Positions 12,584 to 25,387 of a stretch of 64,000 bases of DNA are shown here, one piece after another. The DNA lies in assembly GCF_963921235.1 (NCBI RefSeq), contig NC_086108.1, forward strand, positions 18,166,001 through 18,230,000, read 5' to 3'. The translations under genes were made by a program, and so were the position numbers. This stretch comes from Mobula hypostoma (lineage: Eukaryota). Position 1 is the first letter of the stretch. Each line of letters opens with the position of its first letter. Under the pieces are notes generated by a model. It saw only the letters and a program-made list of their open reading frames with translations, made no database searches and was not told the origin of the DNA.

Positions 12584-13054
12584 GCTCTATCCATGTATGT
12601 AACTATCCCATAATTCCATGGGCCTTATCTTGTTAAGTAGCCTCATGTGTGGCACCTTGTCAAAGGCCTTCTGAAAATCCAAATATACAACATCCACTGC
12701 ATCTCCCTTGTCTAGCCTACTGGTAATTTCCTCAAAAAATTGTAATAGGTTTGTCAGGCAGGATTTTCCTTTAAGGAAACCATGCTGAGTTCTGCCTATC
12801 TTGTCATATGCCTCCAGGTACTCTGTAACCTCATCCTTGACAATCGACTCCAACAACTTCCTAACCACCGATGTCAAGCTAACAGGTCTATAATTTCCTT
12901 TTTGCTTCCTTGCCCCCTTCTTATCATCATACAAATGTCATGAAAATTAACTTTTTGTAACAGCAATACAAGATATTATAAAGGTACATTAAAATAATCT
13001 TAATTTCACATGAAGTAGACATAAATTGCACAGCGAAATAAACGTAACAGTAGT

Positions 13055-13302
13055 GCAAACACAAGGAAATCTGCAGATGCTGGAAATTCAAGCAACACAC
13101 ACAAAAAATGCTGGTGAACGCAGCAGGCCAGGCAGCATCTATAGGAAGAGTCGACGTTTCAGGCCGTGACCCTTCGTCAGAACTAATTGAAAGAAGAGAT
13201 AGTAAGAGATTTGAAAGTGGGAGGGGGATGGGGAGATCCAAAATGATAGGAGAAGACAGGAGGGGGAGGCATGGAGCTAATAGCTGGAAAGTTGATTGGC
13301 AA
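13055..13302 (-). mobile_element. Penelope-like pLTR/3' fragment
   Basis: AAATCTGCAGATGCTGGAAATTCAAGCAACACACACAAAAAATGCTGG is the reverse complement of the pLTR end at 10800-10860. Confidence 0.8.
13149..13184 (-). ncRNA. Minimal type I hammerhead ribozyme motif, core intact
   Basis: Minus strand AGTT-CTGACGA-A-GGGT-CACG-GCCT-GAAA-C-GTC-GACT with canonical GUC triplet. Confidence 0.7.
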
Positions 13303-15770
13303 ACCAAGCACCTTAAAACTGTGCCCTCTCGTGCTAGCCATTTCAGCCCTGGGAAAAAGCCTCTATCAATATGATCAATGCCTCTCATCATCTTGAACAC
13401 CTCTATCAGGTCACCTCTCATCCTTCGTCACTCCAAGGAAAAAAGGCCGAGTTCACTCAACCTATTCTCGGAAGGCATGCTCCCCAACCAGGCAACATCC
13501 TTGTAAATCTCCTCTGCACCCTTCCTCTGGTTTCCACATCCTTCCTGTAGTTAAGTGACCAGAACTGAGCACAGTACTCCAAGTGGGGTCCGATGAGGGT
13601 CCTATATAGCTGTAACATTACCTCTGGGCTCCTAAACTCAATCCCATGATTGATAAAGGCCAATGCACCGTATGCTTTCTTAACCACAGAGTCAACCTGA
13701 ACAGAAGCCTTGAGTGTCCTATGGACTCAGACCCTAAAATCCCTCTGAACCTCCACACTGCCAAGAGTCTTACCATTAATACTATATTCTGTCATCATAT
13801 TTGACCTGCCAAAATGAACCACCTCACACTTATCTGGGTTGAACTCCATCTCCCACTTCTCAGCCCATTTTTGAATCCTATCAATGTCCTGTGTAACCTC
13901 TGACAGCCCTCCACACTATCCACAACACCTCCAATCTTAGTGTCATCAGCAAATTTACTAACCCATCCCTCCATTTCCTCATCCAGGTATAAAAATCACG
14001 AAGAGTAGGGGTCCCAAAACAGATCCCTGAGGCACACCACTGGTGACCGACCTCCATGCAGAGTATGACCCATCTACAACCGCTCTTTGCCTTCTGTGGG
14101 CAAGCCAATTCTAGATCCACAAAGCAATGTCCCCTTGGATCCCATGCCTCCTTACTTTCTCAATAAGCCTTACATGGGGTACCTTGTCAAATGCCTTGCT
14201 GAAATCCATATACACTAATCTACTGCTCTACCATCGTCAATATGTTTTGTCACACCCTCAAAAAATTCAATCAGGCTTGTAAGGCATGACCTGCCTTCAC
14301 AAAGCCATGCTGACAATTCGAAACATATTGTCCCTCTCCCTATGTTCATAAATCCTGCCTCTCAAGATCTTCATTAACTTACCAACCACTGAAGAAAGAC
14401 TCACTGGTCTATAATTTCCTGGGCTATCTCTACTTCCTTTCTTGAATAATGGAACAACATCCGCATCCCTCCAATTCTCCAGAATCTCTCCTGTCCCCAT
14501 TGATGATGGAAAGATCATCGTCAGAGGCTCAGCAATCTCCTCCCTTGCCTCCCACAGTAGCCTGGGGTACATCCCGTCCGGTCCCAGTGACTTATCCAAC
14601 TTGATGCTGTCCAAAACCATCTGCACATCCTCTTTCTTAATATCTACATGCACAAGCTTTTCAGTCCGCTCTAAGTCATCCCTACAATCGCGAAGATCCT
14701 TTTCCATAGTGAATACTGAAGCAAAGTACTCATTAAGTACCTCTACTATCTCCTCCAGTTCCATACACACTTTTCCACTGTCACACTTGATTGGTCCTAT
14801 TTTCTCATGTCTTATCCTCTTGCTCTTAACATACTTGTAAAATGCCTTGGGGTTTTCCTTAATCCTGTCCACCAAGGCCTTCTCATGGCCCCTTCTGGCT
14901 CTCCTAATTTCTTTCTTAAGCTCCTTCCTGCTAGCCTTATAATCTTCTAGCTCTCTATCTTCTAGCTTTCTGAACCTTTCATAATCTTTTCTTCTTGACT
15001 AGATTTACAACAGCCTTTGTACACCACGGTTCCTGTACCCTACCATTCTTTCCCTGCCTCATTGGAATGTACCAATGCAGAACTCCACGCAAATATCCTC
15101 TGAACATTTGCCACATTTCTTCCATACAGTTCCCTGAGAACATCTGTTTCCAGTTTATGCTTCCAAGTTCCTGCCTGATATCCTCATATTTCCCCTTACT
15201 CCAATTAAACACTTTCCTAACTTGTCTGCTCCTATCCCTCTCCAATGCTATGGTAAAGGAGATAGAGTTGTGATCACTATCTCCAAAATGCTCTCCCATT
15301 GAGAGATCTGACACCTGACCAGGTTCATTCCCCGATACCAGATCAAATACAGCCTCTCCTCTTGTAGGCTTATCTACATATTGTATCAAGAAACCTTCTT
15401 GAACACACCTAACAAACTCCACCCATCTAAACCCCTTGCTCTGGGGACATGCCAATTGATATTTGGGAAATTAAATTCTCCCAGCATGACAACCCTGTTA
15501 TTATTACACATTTCCAGAATCTGTCTCCCTATCTTCTCCTTGATGTCCCTGTTACTACTGGGTGGTCTTTAAAAAACACCTAGTAGAGTTATTCACCCCT
15601 TGTTTTTCCTAACTTCCACCCATAGAGACTCCGTAGACAATCTCTCCATGTCATTCCTCCTTTTCTTCGGACGTGACACTATCTCTGATCAACAGTGCCA
15701 AGCCCCCACCTCTTTTGCCTCCCTCCCTGTCCTTTCAGAAACATCTAAAGCCTGGCACTCAAAGTAACCT
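13303..15770 (-). mobile_element. CR1 LINE family C, frameshifted ORF2 (APE + RT)
   Basis: PTRGEAVFDLV, GDSDHNSISF, IKENPKAFYKY, GPDGMYPRLL and [11 protein letters not shown] in ORFs 14979-15455, 14297-14875 and 13457-13687. Confidence 0.95.
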
Positions 15771-16126
15771 CTTTCCTTGGCTTTTATGCAGTCCCTAACA
15801 TCCCTTGTCAGCTACAGTTACCTACCTCTGTTATTTGAAAACTACTTCTGTGGGACATGTCTATCCTGCGCTTTGTGAACTATTCCCAGAAACTTTAGCC
15901 ATCCCTACTCTGCCATCATCCCCACCAGTAGCCCCTTCCTATTCACCTGGGCAAGTTCCTCTTTCAAATACTTCTGTAATTCCCTTTATTCCATTGCGAT
16001 CTTTCATCTTTCATCATTCATATTTGTGATTTACAGTTGAATTTTTCATTGGTCTAATCACTTTCAAAATGATTGGTCATGTGAATATATTTACTAATTC
16101 AACAATTAACCAAAAGAATCATGTGT

Positions 16127-16660
16127 ATGTACTGTGTAGAAGTCTTAGGCACACATATATATAGCTGGGGCAACCAAGACCTTTGCACAGTACTGTATTT
16201 GTCGATGTAGAGTGAGTTTGTAAATCTGGAGGGAGCAAAGGATATTGGGAATGGTGAGAGTCGGGTGTGGGACAAGTGGCACAGAAGTACCAGCAGCAGA
16301 GGTGGAGAAGGTGCAGACACACCCACTCCTGAGTCACCAGGCAAAGTCATTTGATTTCAAACAGTTTGGTATATTGGTCAGTACAGAATGTCTTTCTGAT
16401 GCTTCTCACTCCCTCCCCTCTCCCTTTCCCTTTTTCCCCCAACCATGATTTCCACCATAGAGACCAAAATCAGAATCAAGTTTGTCATCACTCAGGTTTT
16501 TCCCCTTTGGGATCAATGAAGTACTTTATTATTATTATTATTATTATTATTTTCATGATTTTTTTGTGGCAGCAGTACAGTGCAATAGATAAAATTACAG
16601 TACTGAGCAAAAGTCTACGGCACTCTAATTAATGTGTGCTTAAGACTTTTACACAGTAGT
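16127..16660. mobile_element. Non-autonomous unit bounded by two ~65-bp Tc1-TIR mini-palindromes
   Basis: GTACTGTGTAGAAGTCTTAGGCAC..CAAGACCTTTGCACAGTACTG (16129-16195) and CAGTACTGAGCAAAAGTCTACGGCAC..GTGCTTAAGACTTTTACACAGTA (16598-16658) both match the TIR at 6628-6653; (ATT)n at 16526-16550. Confidence 0.7.
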
Positions 16661-16968
16661 CTAGATTTCATTTTGGTTCAGCAAAACAGTTCTACTGTGA
16701 TGGATATTCACTTTCCAGGATCCAAGAGGCTTGTTGCTAAATTCAGCTTTCCAGCGCATCTACATGACCTTTCCAAAGTGTTAGGAGTTGGTGGTAAAGT
16801 TAAACTTAACAAGTATTTGCAGAGCCAGACCCAGTTCTCAATGTAAGCATCAATCAGTTTGAAGTTGGAGTTTGAAGTTGCAAAATGACTTGACCAGGAA
16901 ATTTCTTACTTTGTTAGCCAAACACAAGACAATGAGGTGATGTCACTAAGCACATCAAACACGGTTAC

Positions 16969-19521
16969 ATGAGTCAGTATGGGTGGAAGTCAGGAACAGG
17001 AAGGGAGCAGTTACTGTATTGGGGGTATTCTATAGGCCCCCTGATAGCAGCAGAGATACGGAGGAGCAGATTGGGAGGCAGATTTTGGAAAGGTGCAAAA
17101 ATAACAGGATTGTTATCATGGGTGACTTTAACTTCCCTAATATTGATTGGCACCTGATTAGTTCCAAGGGTTTAGATGGGGCAGAGTTTGTTAAGTGTGT
17201 CCAGGACAGATTCCTGTTATAGTACATGGACAGGCCGACTAGGGGGAATGCCATACTAGATCTAGTACTAGATAATGAACCGGGTTAGGTCACAGATCTC
17301 TCAGTGGGTGAGCATCTGGGGGACAGTGACCACTGCTCCCTGGCCTTTAGCATTATCATGGAAAAGGATAGAATCAGAGAGGACAGAAAAATTTTTAATT
17401 GGGGAAGGGCAAATTATGAGGCTATAAGGCTAGAACTTGTGGGTGTGAATTGGGATGATGTTTTTGCAGGAAAATGTACTATGGACATGTGGTCGATGTT
17501 TAGAGATCTCTTGCAGGATGTTAGGGATAAATTTGTCCCGGTGAGGAAGATAAAGAATGGTTGGGTGAAGGAACCATGGGTGACAAGCGAGGTGGAAAAT
17601 CTAGTCAGGTGGAAGAAGGCAGCATACATGAGGTTTAGGAAGCAAGGATCAGAAGATTATAGGGAAGCAAGAAAGGAGTTTAAGAAGGGGCTGAGAAGAG
17701 CAAGAAGGGGGCATGAGAAGGCCGTGGTGAGTAGGGTAAAGGAAAACCCCAAGGCATTCTTCAATTATGTGAAGAACAAAAGGATGACAGGAGTGAAGGT
17801 AGGACTGATTAGAGATAAAGGTGGGAAGATGTGCCTGGAGGCTGTGGAAGTGAGCGAGGTCCTCAATGAATACTTCTCTTCGGTATTCACCAATGAGAGG
17901 GAACTTGATGATGGCGAAGACAATATGAGTGAGGTTGATGTTCTGGACCATGTTGATATTAAGGGAGAGGAGGTGTTGGAGTTGTTAAAATACATTAGGA
18001 TGGATCAGTCCCCGGGGCCTGATGGAATATTCCGCAGGCTGCTCCATGAGATGAGAGAAGAGATTGCTGAACCTCTGGCTAGGATCTTTATGTCCTCGTT
18101 GTCCACGGGAATGGGACCGGAGGATTGGAGGGAGGCAAATGTTGTCCCCTTGTTCAAAAAAGTTATTAGGGATAGTCCGTGTAATTATAGACCAGTGAGC
18201 CTTACGTCTGTGGTGGGAAAGCTGTTGAAAAAGATTCTTAGAGATAGGATCTATGGGCATTTAGAGAATCATGGTCTGATCAGGGACAGTCAGCATGGCT
18301 TTGTGAAGGGCAGATCATGTCTAACAAGCCTGATAGAGTTCTTTGAGAAGGTGACCAGGCATATAGATGAGGGTAGTGCAGTGGATGTGATCTATATGGA
18401 TTTTAGTAAGGCGTTTGACAAGGTTCCACATGGTAGGCTTATTCAGAAAGTCAGAAAGCATGGGATCCAGGGAAGTTTGGCCAGATGGATTCAGAATTGG
18501 CTTACCTGCAGAAGGCAGAGGGGCATGGTGGAGTGAGTACTTTCAGATTGGAGGATTGTGACTAGTGGTGTCCCACAAGGATCTGTTCCGGGACCTCTAC
18601 TTTTCGTGATTTTTATTAATGACCTGGATGTGGGGGTAGAAGGGTGGGTTGGCAAGTTTACAGATGACACAAAGGTTGGTGGTGTCGTAGATAGTGTAGA
18701 GGATTGTCGAAGATTGCAGAGAGACATTGATAGGATGCAGAAGTGGGCTGAGAAGTGGCAGATGGAGTTCAACCCGGAGAAATGTGAAGTGGTACACTTT
18801 GGAAAGACAAACTCCAAGGCAGAGTACAAAGTAAATGGCAGGATACTTGGTAGTGTGGAGGAGCAGAGGGATCTGGGGGTACATCCCTGAAAGTTGCCTC
18901 ACAGGTAGATAGGGTAGTTAAGAAAGATAATGGGTGTTAGTTTTCATCAGTCCAGGGATAGAGTTTAAGAGTCGTGATGTAATGATGCAGCTCTATAAAA
19001 CTTTGGTTAGGGCACACTTGGAGTACCGTGTCCAGTTCTGGTCACCTCACTATAGGAAGGATATGGAAGCATTGGAAAGGGTACAAAGGAGATTTACCAG
19101 GATGCTGCCTGGTTTAGAGAGTATGCATTATGATCAGAGATTAAGGGAGCTAGGGCTTTACTCTTTGGAGAGAAGGAGGATGAGAGGAGACATGATAGAG
19201 GTGTACAAGATAATAAGAGGAATAGATAGAGTGGATAGCCAGCGCCTCTTCTCCAGAGCACCACTGCTCAATACAAGAGGACTTGGCTTTAAGGCTCAAG
19301 AGGGATAAGAGGAAGGTTTTTGACTCAGAGAGTGGTTGGTGCGTGGAATGCACTGCTTGAGTCAGTGGTGGAGGCAGATACACTCGTGAAGTTTAAGAGA
19401 CTACTAGACAGGTATATGGAGAAAGTTAAGGTGGGGGGTTATATGGGAGGCAGGGTTTGAGGGTCGGCACAACATTGTGGGCCGAATGGCCTGTAATGCG
19501 CTGTACTATTCTATGTTCTAT
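16969..19521 (+). mobile_element. CR1 LINE family A, near-complete ORF2 pseudogene
   Basis: APE motifs (GVFYRPP, MGDFNFP, GDSDH), 410-aa ORF 17304-18536 and RT motifs; several stops/frameshifts; TTCTATG tail. Confidence 0.95.
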
Positions 19522-19831
19522 ATGTTTATGTACTCAGAAGGCCAGCCCACACAGCATTGTGAATGAGTTACTTTGTCCTAGCAAAGGTATTTGGAAAACA
19601 TAAATGCAGATGATATCATCTTGAAGAAAATAGTTTAAAAAATTGTAGATTGTTAGGAATGACGAGAAGAACAAAAGGAAGATGAGGTTAAAAAAAGAAC
19701 TAAAATTTATTCTTCAAATTTTGGTTTTTGTGATGGATGACTCATTCATCTGCAACTTATTGGTATGTTTTTCTAGGATGTAAGAATTGTATCTGTGTTT
19801 GGAAATGCCTTTGTAGTTTGTACATTTCGTA

Positions 19832-20593
19832 CAGGTCCACAATCCCTTATCCGAAATCCTTGGGGCCAGATGCATTTTGGAATTCAGAATATTTTGGATT
19901 TAAAAAACCCTCCTTATTGGTTCCGGGACCCCCCTGTGGATACCAAAAAACACGTATTCTCAAGTCCCTTCTTTGACCTACACACATCCTCCCGTATACT
20001 TTAAATCATTTCTAATACCTAATACAATGTAAATGCTATGTAAATAGTTGTACTGTATTGTTTAGGGAATGATGACAAGAAAAAAACTTTCAATAAAACA
20101 TAAAAATATACAGCTTTAAACGAACCGAATCAAATACATGGTAAATAACTTATTGGAATAAATGTAGAACGTCACTGTCACTATAAAACTTCAGTAACTT
20201 GTCTTTCTGTGTATTTAAATCATATATAGTGGTAGTTCCGACACTATATTCTTCAGTAAGATGCTGCACAGACACACTACCATTAAGCTTCAGCAATAAC
20301 TCTGCTTTCTGCATTATTAATAATGATAGATGCTTCCTTCTCTTTTTTTCATTGTTACCCATACGGGTATCTGCAGCTCTTTTTGACATTTTCACAGTGA
20401 AATTAAACAGAAAGTCAACAGTAACACCAAATATCAGCGAGCAGCAAATGCACGTATAACCAGTATGAGCGCTGAGCCACAACTGACGTCTGGTGGCCTC
20501 TGCTAGTGCTGCTATGTCAGCTGTTGGCGAAGAAAGCTTTGGTTTTCAGAGCTTTTTGGATTTCAGAATTTCAGATAAGGGATTGTGAACCTG
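19832..20593 (-). mobile_element. Internally deleted pogo/Tigger DNA transposon (Tigger4/MER46-like) containing a MER2-like segment
   Basis: TIRs CAGGTCCACAATCCCTTATCCGAAAT / ATTTCAGATAAGGGATTGTGAACCTG, TA on both sides. Minus ORF from 20389 MSKRAADTRMGNNEKKRRKHLSL..QKAELL..YSVGTTTIYDL is a CENP-B/psq-type HTH N-terminus. Confidence 0.9.
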
Positions 20594-20596
20594 TAT

Positions 20597-21607
20597 TTCA
20601 AAGATTCAAGATTCGAAATGCATTTATTATCAAGGAATGTATAAATTATTCAAACTTGAGATTTGTTTGCTTACAAGGAATCTGAAGAACCCAATTTAAA
20701 AAAAATAAGACCCGCTCCCTATGCATACAGAGAAAGAGAAAAAAACAAATCATGCAAACAATGGGAGCGAACAACAACAGCATCCAAACCAAATTGAGTC
20801 CTTGGATCCGAATCCCTGGAGCAGCTCAGAGTAGGCCAAAAGTCTCTATTCAGTTTATCATATTAACAGGACAAATCATTGCAAAGTTCACAGTCACAAA
20901 ACAGCAGCTGGCAGTAGTCTTGCAGCCTTAGCATCATGGAGAGAGGAGCCCTCAGATTATTTGGGTTGGTGTTTTAATTGTCCGATCCTCGCACTAGGAC
21001 CCAAGCCCCACTGTGACAAATCGCTCTGGGCCTCAATTTCACTACCAGAGAAGCTATTCTCAACTTCTCTAAATGGTTCAGAACCCAGTGCAATCCAATC
21101 CCATATGATTGTCAACATCCTGTCTTTCCAGTCTATCTGGGCCGGTGCTTAGATTGTCCAAACAGGGTATTGTACCTTGCATTAGGACCCAGGCCCTGCC
21201 GTGGTGAATCGCTCCATAGAACACAATGCCCAGCAATTCGCTTTGGAATTGGATTTTGCTGCCAAAGAAGCTGTTCTCAAACTCTCCATATCAGCTTCGT
21301 GCTTAGAGCAATCTTCCCTTGCACTCAGGCTAGCTGGACAGTCATTGGAATTCCTCATCCCACCTTCTCCCCTCTGAATCATCCACTCCAGTGAACACAG
21401 CTCTAACTCCAAGTGTGTCGACTTTGCAGTGCACTAGAAAGACACATCTCTTGAGTTTGCTTTGCCCTCTCTCTCACCCTTTCATTTTTTGTGGTGATAG
21501 GTCACCACAATTTACTTCAAAAAAGTGTTATTAATAATGTTTTAATTGAATTCCTTTGTTTTCAAACCACCAGTCAGCTGTTGCACATCTTTGGTGGTGC
21601 CATGTTA
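20597..21607 (-). mobile_element. Non-autonomous LINE-derived repeat (L2/Rex-type ends)
   Basis: Minus-strand AATAAA plus (GAATCTT)n-like tail at 20597-20630; 5' AACATGGCACC motif near 21600; no ORF. A similar tail occurs at 34757. Confidence 0.4.
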
Positions 21608-21819
21608 TAAAAAAATTTGGAAATTGTTTATAAATTAGAAATTTTCTGTGTGTTAAATGTGTGTGAAAAACTATCTGTGTGATTTAAACATGTACTAATA
21701 AAAATAAAATAATTGGTTAAGCTACTTCATTAGCTGGAAGTATCTTGGTAGGGAGGGTATCCTATCACTCAACCAGTAGGCATTGGCAGCTAAACCTTAC
21801 TGCAGAGGCTAGACAGGGA

Positions 21820-24180
21820 ACATAGAACACAGAGAACAGTACTAAGTGCCCTAAGCACCGAGCCAAATAAATTAATAATCTAATGGCCAGCTATGTTTCT
21901 AAACTAATCCCTTCTGCCTACACAATGTTCATATCCTTCATTTTTCTCATATTCATATGTCCAGCTAAACATCTCTTTGAAGTCTCTGTCATCACCCCAG
22001 GCAGTGCAATCCAGGCACCCAGCACTCTGTTTTTTTAAAAATACTTGATCCTCACTTCTCCTTTGAAATTATCCCCTCTCACCTTAAGTGCATGCCCTCT
22101 GGTTTTAGGCATTTCAAACCTGGGAATAAGATATTGTCTACTCTGTTTATGCCTCTCATAATCTTTTGAATTTCTATGAACTCTCCCCTCAGCTGCTCCA
22201 GAGAAAAAAACCCAAGTTTGTCCAACCTCTTTATATAGCACGTGCTTTTTAATTCAGGCTGCATCCTGGTAAACTTCTAATGTACTCTCTTCAAAGCCTC
22301 AATATCCTTCCTGTAATGAAGCGACCAGAGTTTTATAAATCTGCAACATAACTTCCTGACTTTTGAGCTCAGTGCTTCGACTAATAAGATCAAGTATACC
22401 ATATACCTTGTAAATCACCCTTTCAATCTGTGTAGCCACTTTCAGGGAGCTATGAATTTAGACCCCCAAGATCCCTCTGCTGATCAACACTGTTAAGGGT
22501 CTTGTCACTAACAGTGTACTGTCTGTTTGCATTTGACCTACCAAAGTGCAACACTTAATATTCAGCCAGGTTAAACTCCATCTGCCATTTATCCACATCT
22601 GCAAATGATCTATATTCCATTCTATTGTTTGCCAGTCTTCTATGCCATGCACAGCTCTTTATATCATCTGCAAACCCATGTAAATTTCCATCCAGATCAG
22701 CTATGTACATCACAGACAGCAGAAGTCCCATTGCAGATCCCTGTGGAACACCACTAATTACAAAACTCCAGCTAGAACGTTCCTTTGACCACTACCCTCC
22801 ATCTATGGACAAACCAGTTCTGAATCCAAACGGACAATTCATCATGGTTCCCATGTCTCCCATGAGGGACTTTGTCAAATGCTTTACTAAAATCGGGTAG
22901 ACAACATCTACAGCTGTACCATATTCAAGTTGGAAAAACATAACTTGTCCCACATAAAGCTATGCTGGCCCTTCCTAATTTGGCGATGGTTTTGCAAATG
23001 CTCATAAATCCTATTCCTAAGAATGCTCACCAGCAATTTACCTACCACTGATGTGAAACTCAGAAGTCTGTAGTTTCTCGGATTATCCCTGTTTCCCTTG
23101 AATAATGGAAAAAGATTAGTTCCTTGCTAGTTTTCTGTAACCTTATCTGTGGCTAGAAAAGAGACAAAGATATTGGTTCCCCCCTTTACCCTTGAGAGCT
23201 CTATCCCCTCCCTATTTATCATCTTGCTTCTAACGTACGTATAGAATGCTTTAGGTTTCTCTTTAAACCTAGTTACCAAGAACTTTTCATGGTCCCTCCT
23301 GGCTTTCTTAATTCCATTGAGTTCTTTTTTGGTTTCTTTGTAATCTTCCAGAGCTGTGTTTGATTCTACTGTCCTAGGATTTGCATACAATTCCTTTTTC
23401 TTGTCTAAATTCATCACCTCCCTTGATATCCTTGTCCTTCCTTCTTACTGCAATGTATCTATCCTGTACTCTGTGGTGCTGATCTTTAAACACCCTCCAC
23501 AAGTTACACATGGATGCCCAAAAACAGCTGTTCCCAATTAACTCTCCCTAGTTCCTGTCTAGTGTTTTCATAATTTACCCTGCTTCAATTTAATACTCTC
23601 CCACAAGGTTTATATTTATCTTTATCTATAGCTATCTTAAAACTTTTGGAGCTGTGGTCATTGTTCCCTAACTGCTCACCAACTGAAAGATTGGTCAGGC
23701 TCATTACCCAACACCAGGTCCAGTACTGCCCTTCCTCTTGTTGGACCGTCCGCATATTGATTTAAGAAACTGTCCTGGATGCCCCTAAAAAAATTCAGCC
23801 CCATCTAAACCTCTTGAACTAAGAAGATCTTCAATGACCCTATTGTTTTTGCATCTTTCCTTAATCTGCCCTCATATCTGTTTTGCAATGTCTCAGTGGC
23901 TATCAGAGGGTGGGGTTCTATAGTACAAATTCGATCAGGGTGATTGGACCCTTCCTAGTTTTGAGTTCTCAGTGAACAAGCTCTCCATTATGTTTCCTGT
24001 GATAGTACAGCTGTGATATTGTCCCTGATTAGTAGTGCAACTCTTTTCTCCCCCCTCCTCATTTTTACCTCTCTCTTTTTCTAAAACATTGAAACTCTGG
24101 AACAATAAGCACTCATTCTTGTCCCTCTCACAACCTAGTCTCTGTAATGGTCACAACATCACAGTTGCATGTAAGTAAGC
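21820..24180 (-). mobile_element. Old decayed CR1 LINE
   Basis: Residual DKLGFFSLEQLRG, GVPQGSAMG and KEKPKAFYTY frames; ACATAGAAC tail. Confidence 0.85.
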
Positions 24181-25387
24181 TAGTCTTTGAAGAGTAGGTA
24201 GATACAATATAACCTCCCTTTAGTGAGGGTATCCATAGATATCTATCTTAGATGGGGCTTAAAATTTTCATATGAAATTTAGGGTTTTGCAGACACAGAA
24301 CCTAATGCCATCACTACCATGGTCAATATGAACATCCGTTATTTTGAATATTGGGTAAAAGGGTCAGGTTATTCATCCTAGAGTTATCCATTGGACTGTA
24401 CACTTCAATGCATTTCACTGTATGTTTCAATATACTTTGATAATTTAATCTGAAACTGATTAAATCAGGACAGGTTACTGTTTATAGAAAATACATTGAT
24501 CTGTGTGTTTGCTCTAGAATCATGTATTGGTTGACACGGTCATTTGCTGGTTGATCAGCTGAATTATTGATTGATCTGACATTTAGTGTGAGAATTATTA
24601 ATCAGCAGGATTAAGTGGTTTATTTATTCACTCATTTGCTTATTAGCCAATAGATTTATCTGCTTGCTTGATCAGTTGACCGTCAAATAATTGATTAGTG
24701 TGATCTTTGGCCAAATTGAATTATTATATCAATCAATCCAATTATTTGCAGGTCTGAGTACATATGGCATCTTATTACTTGGCAGCTTAATAATTCATCA
24801 GGCTGCTTACATCATCCCTCTGTTTAATTATATGATAGTAAAAATCTGTGAGTGAATATTATCTTTTATTACCCTATAAGATCAGAATTAATTTTTAGTA
24901 AAATCATTGATTGACATTAGACAAATCATTCATCCATTGGAGTATTGTTAGTTAAATATTTTCCATGGAATTATTGACTTCTCTGACTAATGGCATCAAA
25001 ATCATTGGAGTAACGGTTGAAAGAAAATGCTGTGGATCTGATTGGTATCATTAAAATCATACTTCTGTCTGATTATTGGTTACTAGACACATCCTTAGGT
25101 CTGATTATTGGTTAGCATATTTGCTATTTCATATTGTTGGGGGTCAGTACAATATTTCATTGGTCTGATTATTGTCAGCAGTTGGGTTGTTAGTCAATAT
25201 ATACCAAAAGATCATTAACTGAAATCCTTATTATGCGTTGTCCTGACTATTTAAATCAGCATCACTTGTCAGTTTGTTTATTGGTGACTAGGATAATTGT
25301 TCCATAAAATCATTGAACATTAGAATAATGCATAAATCAGCTATTAATTGGTTTCATTTATTTTTGGTTAATGGAATAGTAACCAAT

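Larger units (their letters stand above)
11161..12922 (-). mobile_element. CR1 LINE family B, 5'-truncated, interrupted at 12254-12583
   Basis: [31 protein letters not shown] and FADDTK; (CTTATGGT)-type tail; near-identical to the copy at 58778-61180. Confidence 0.95.

Noticed and set aside
17304..18536. 410-aa ORF as a host gene
   Set aside because: It is CR1 ORF2, flanked by stops and frameshifts; multicopy within the window.
20150..20482. Domesticated TIGD/JRK/CENP-B gene
   Set aside because: Only the N-terminal HTH is present, there is no DDE domain, and it lies between TIRs with TA TSD.
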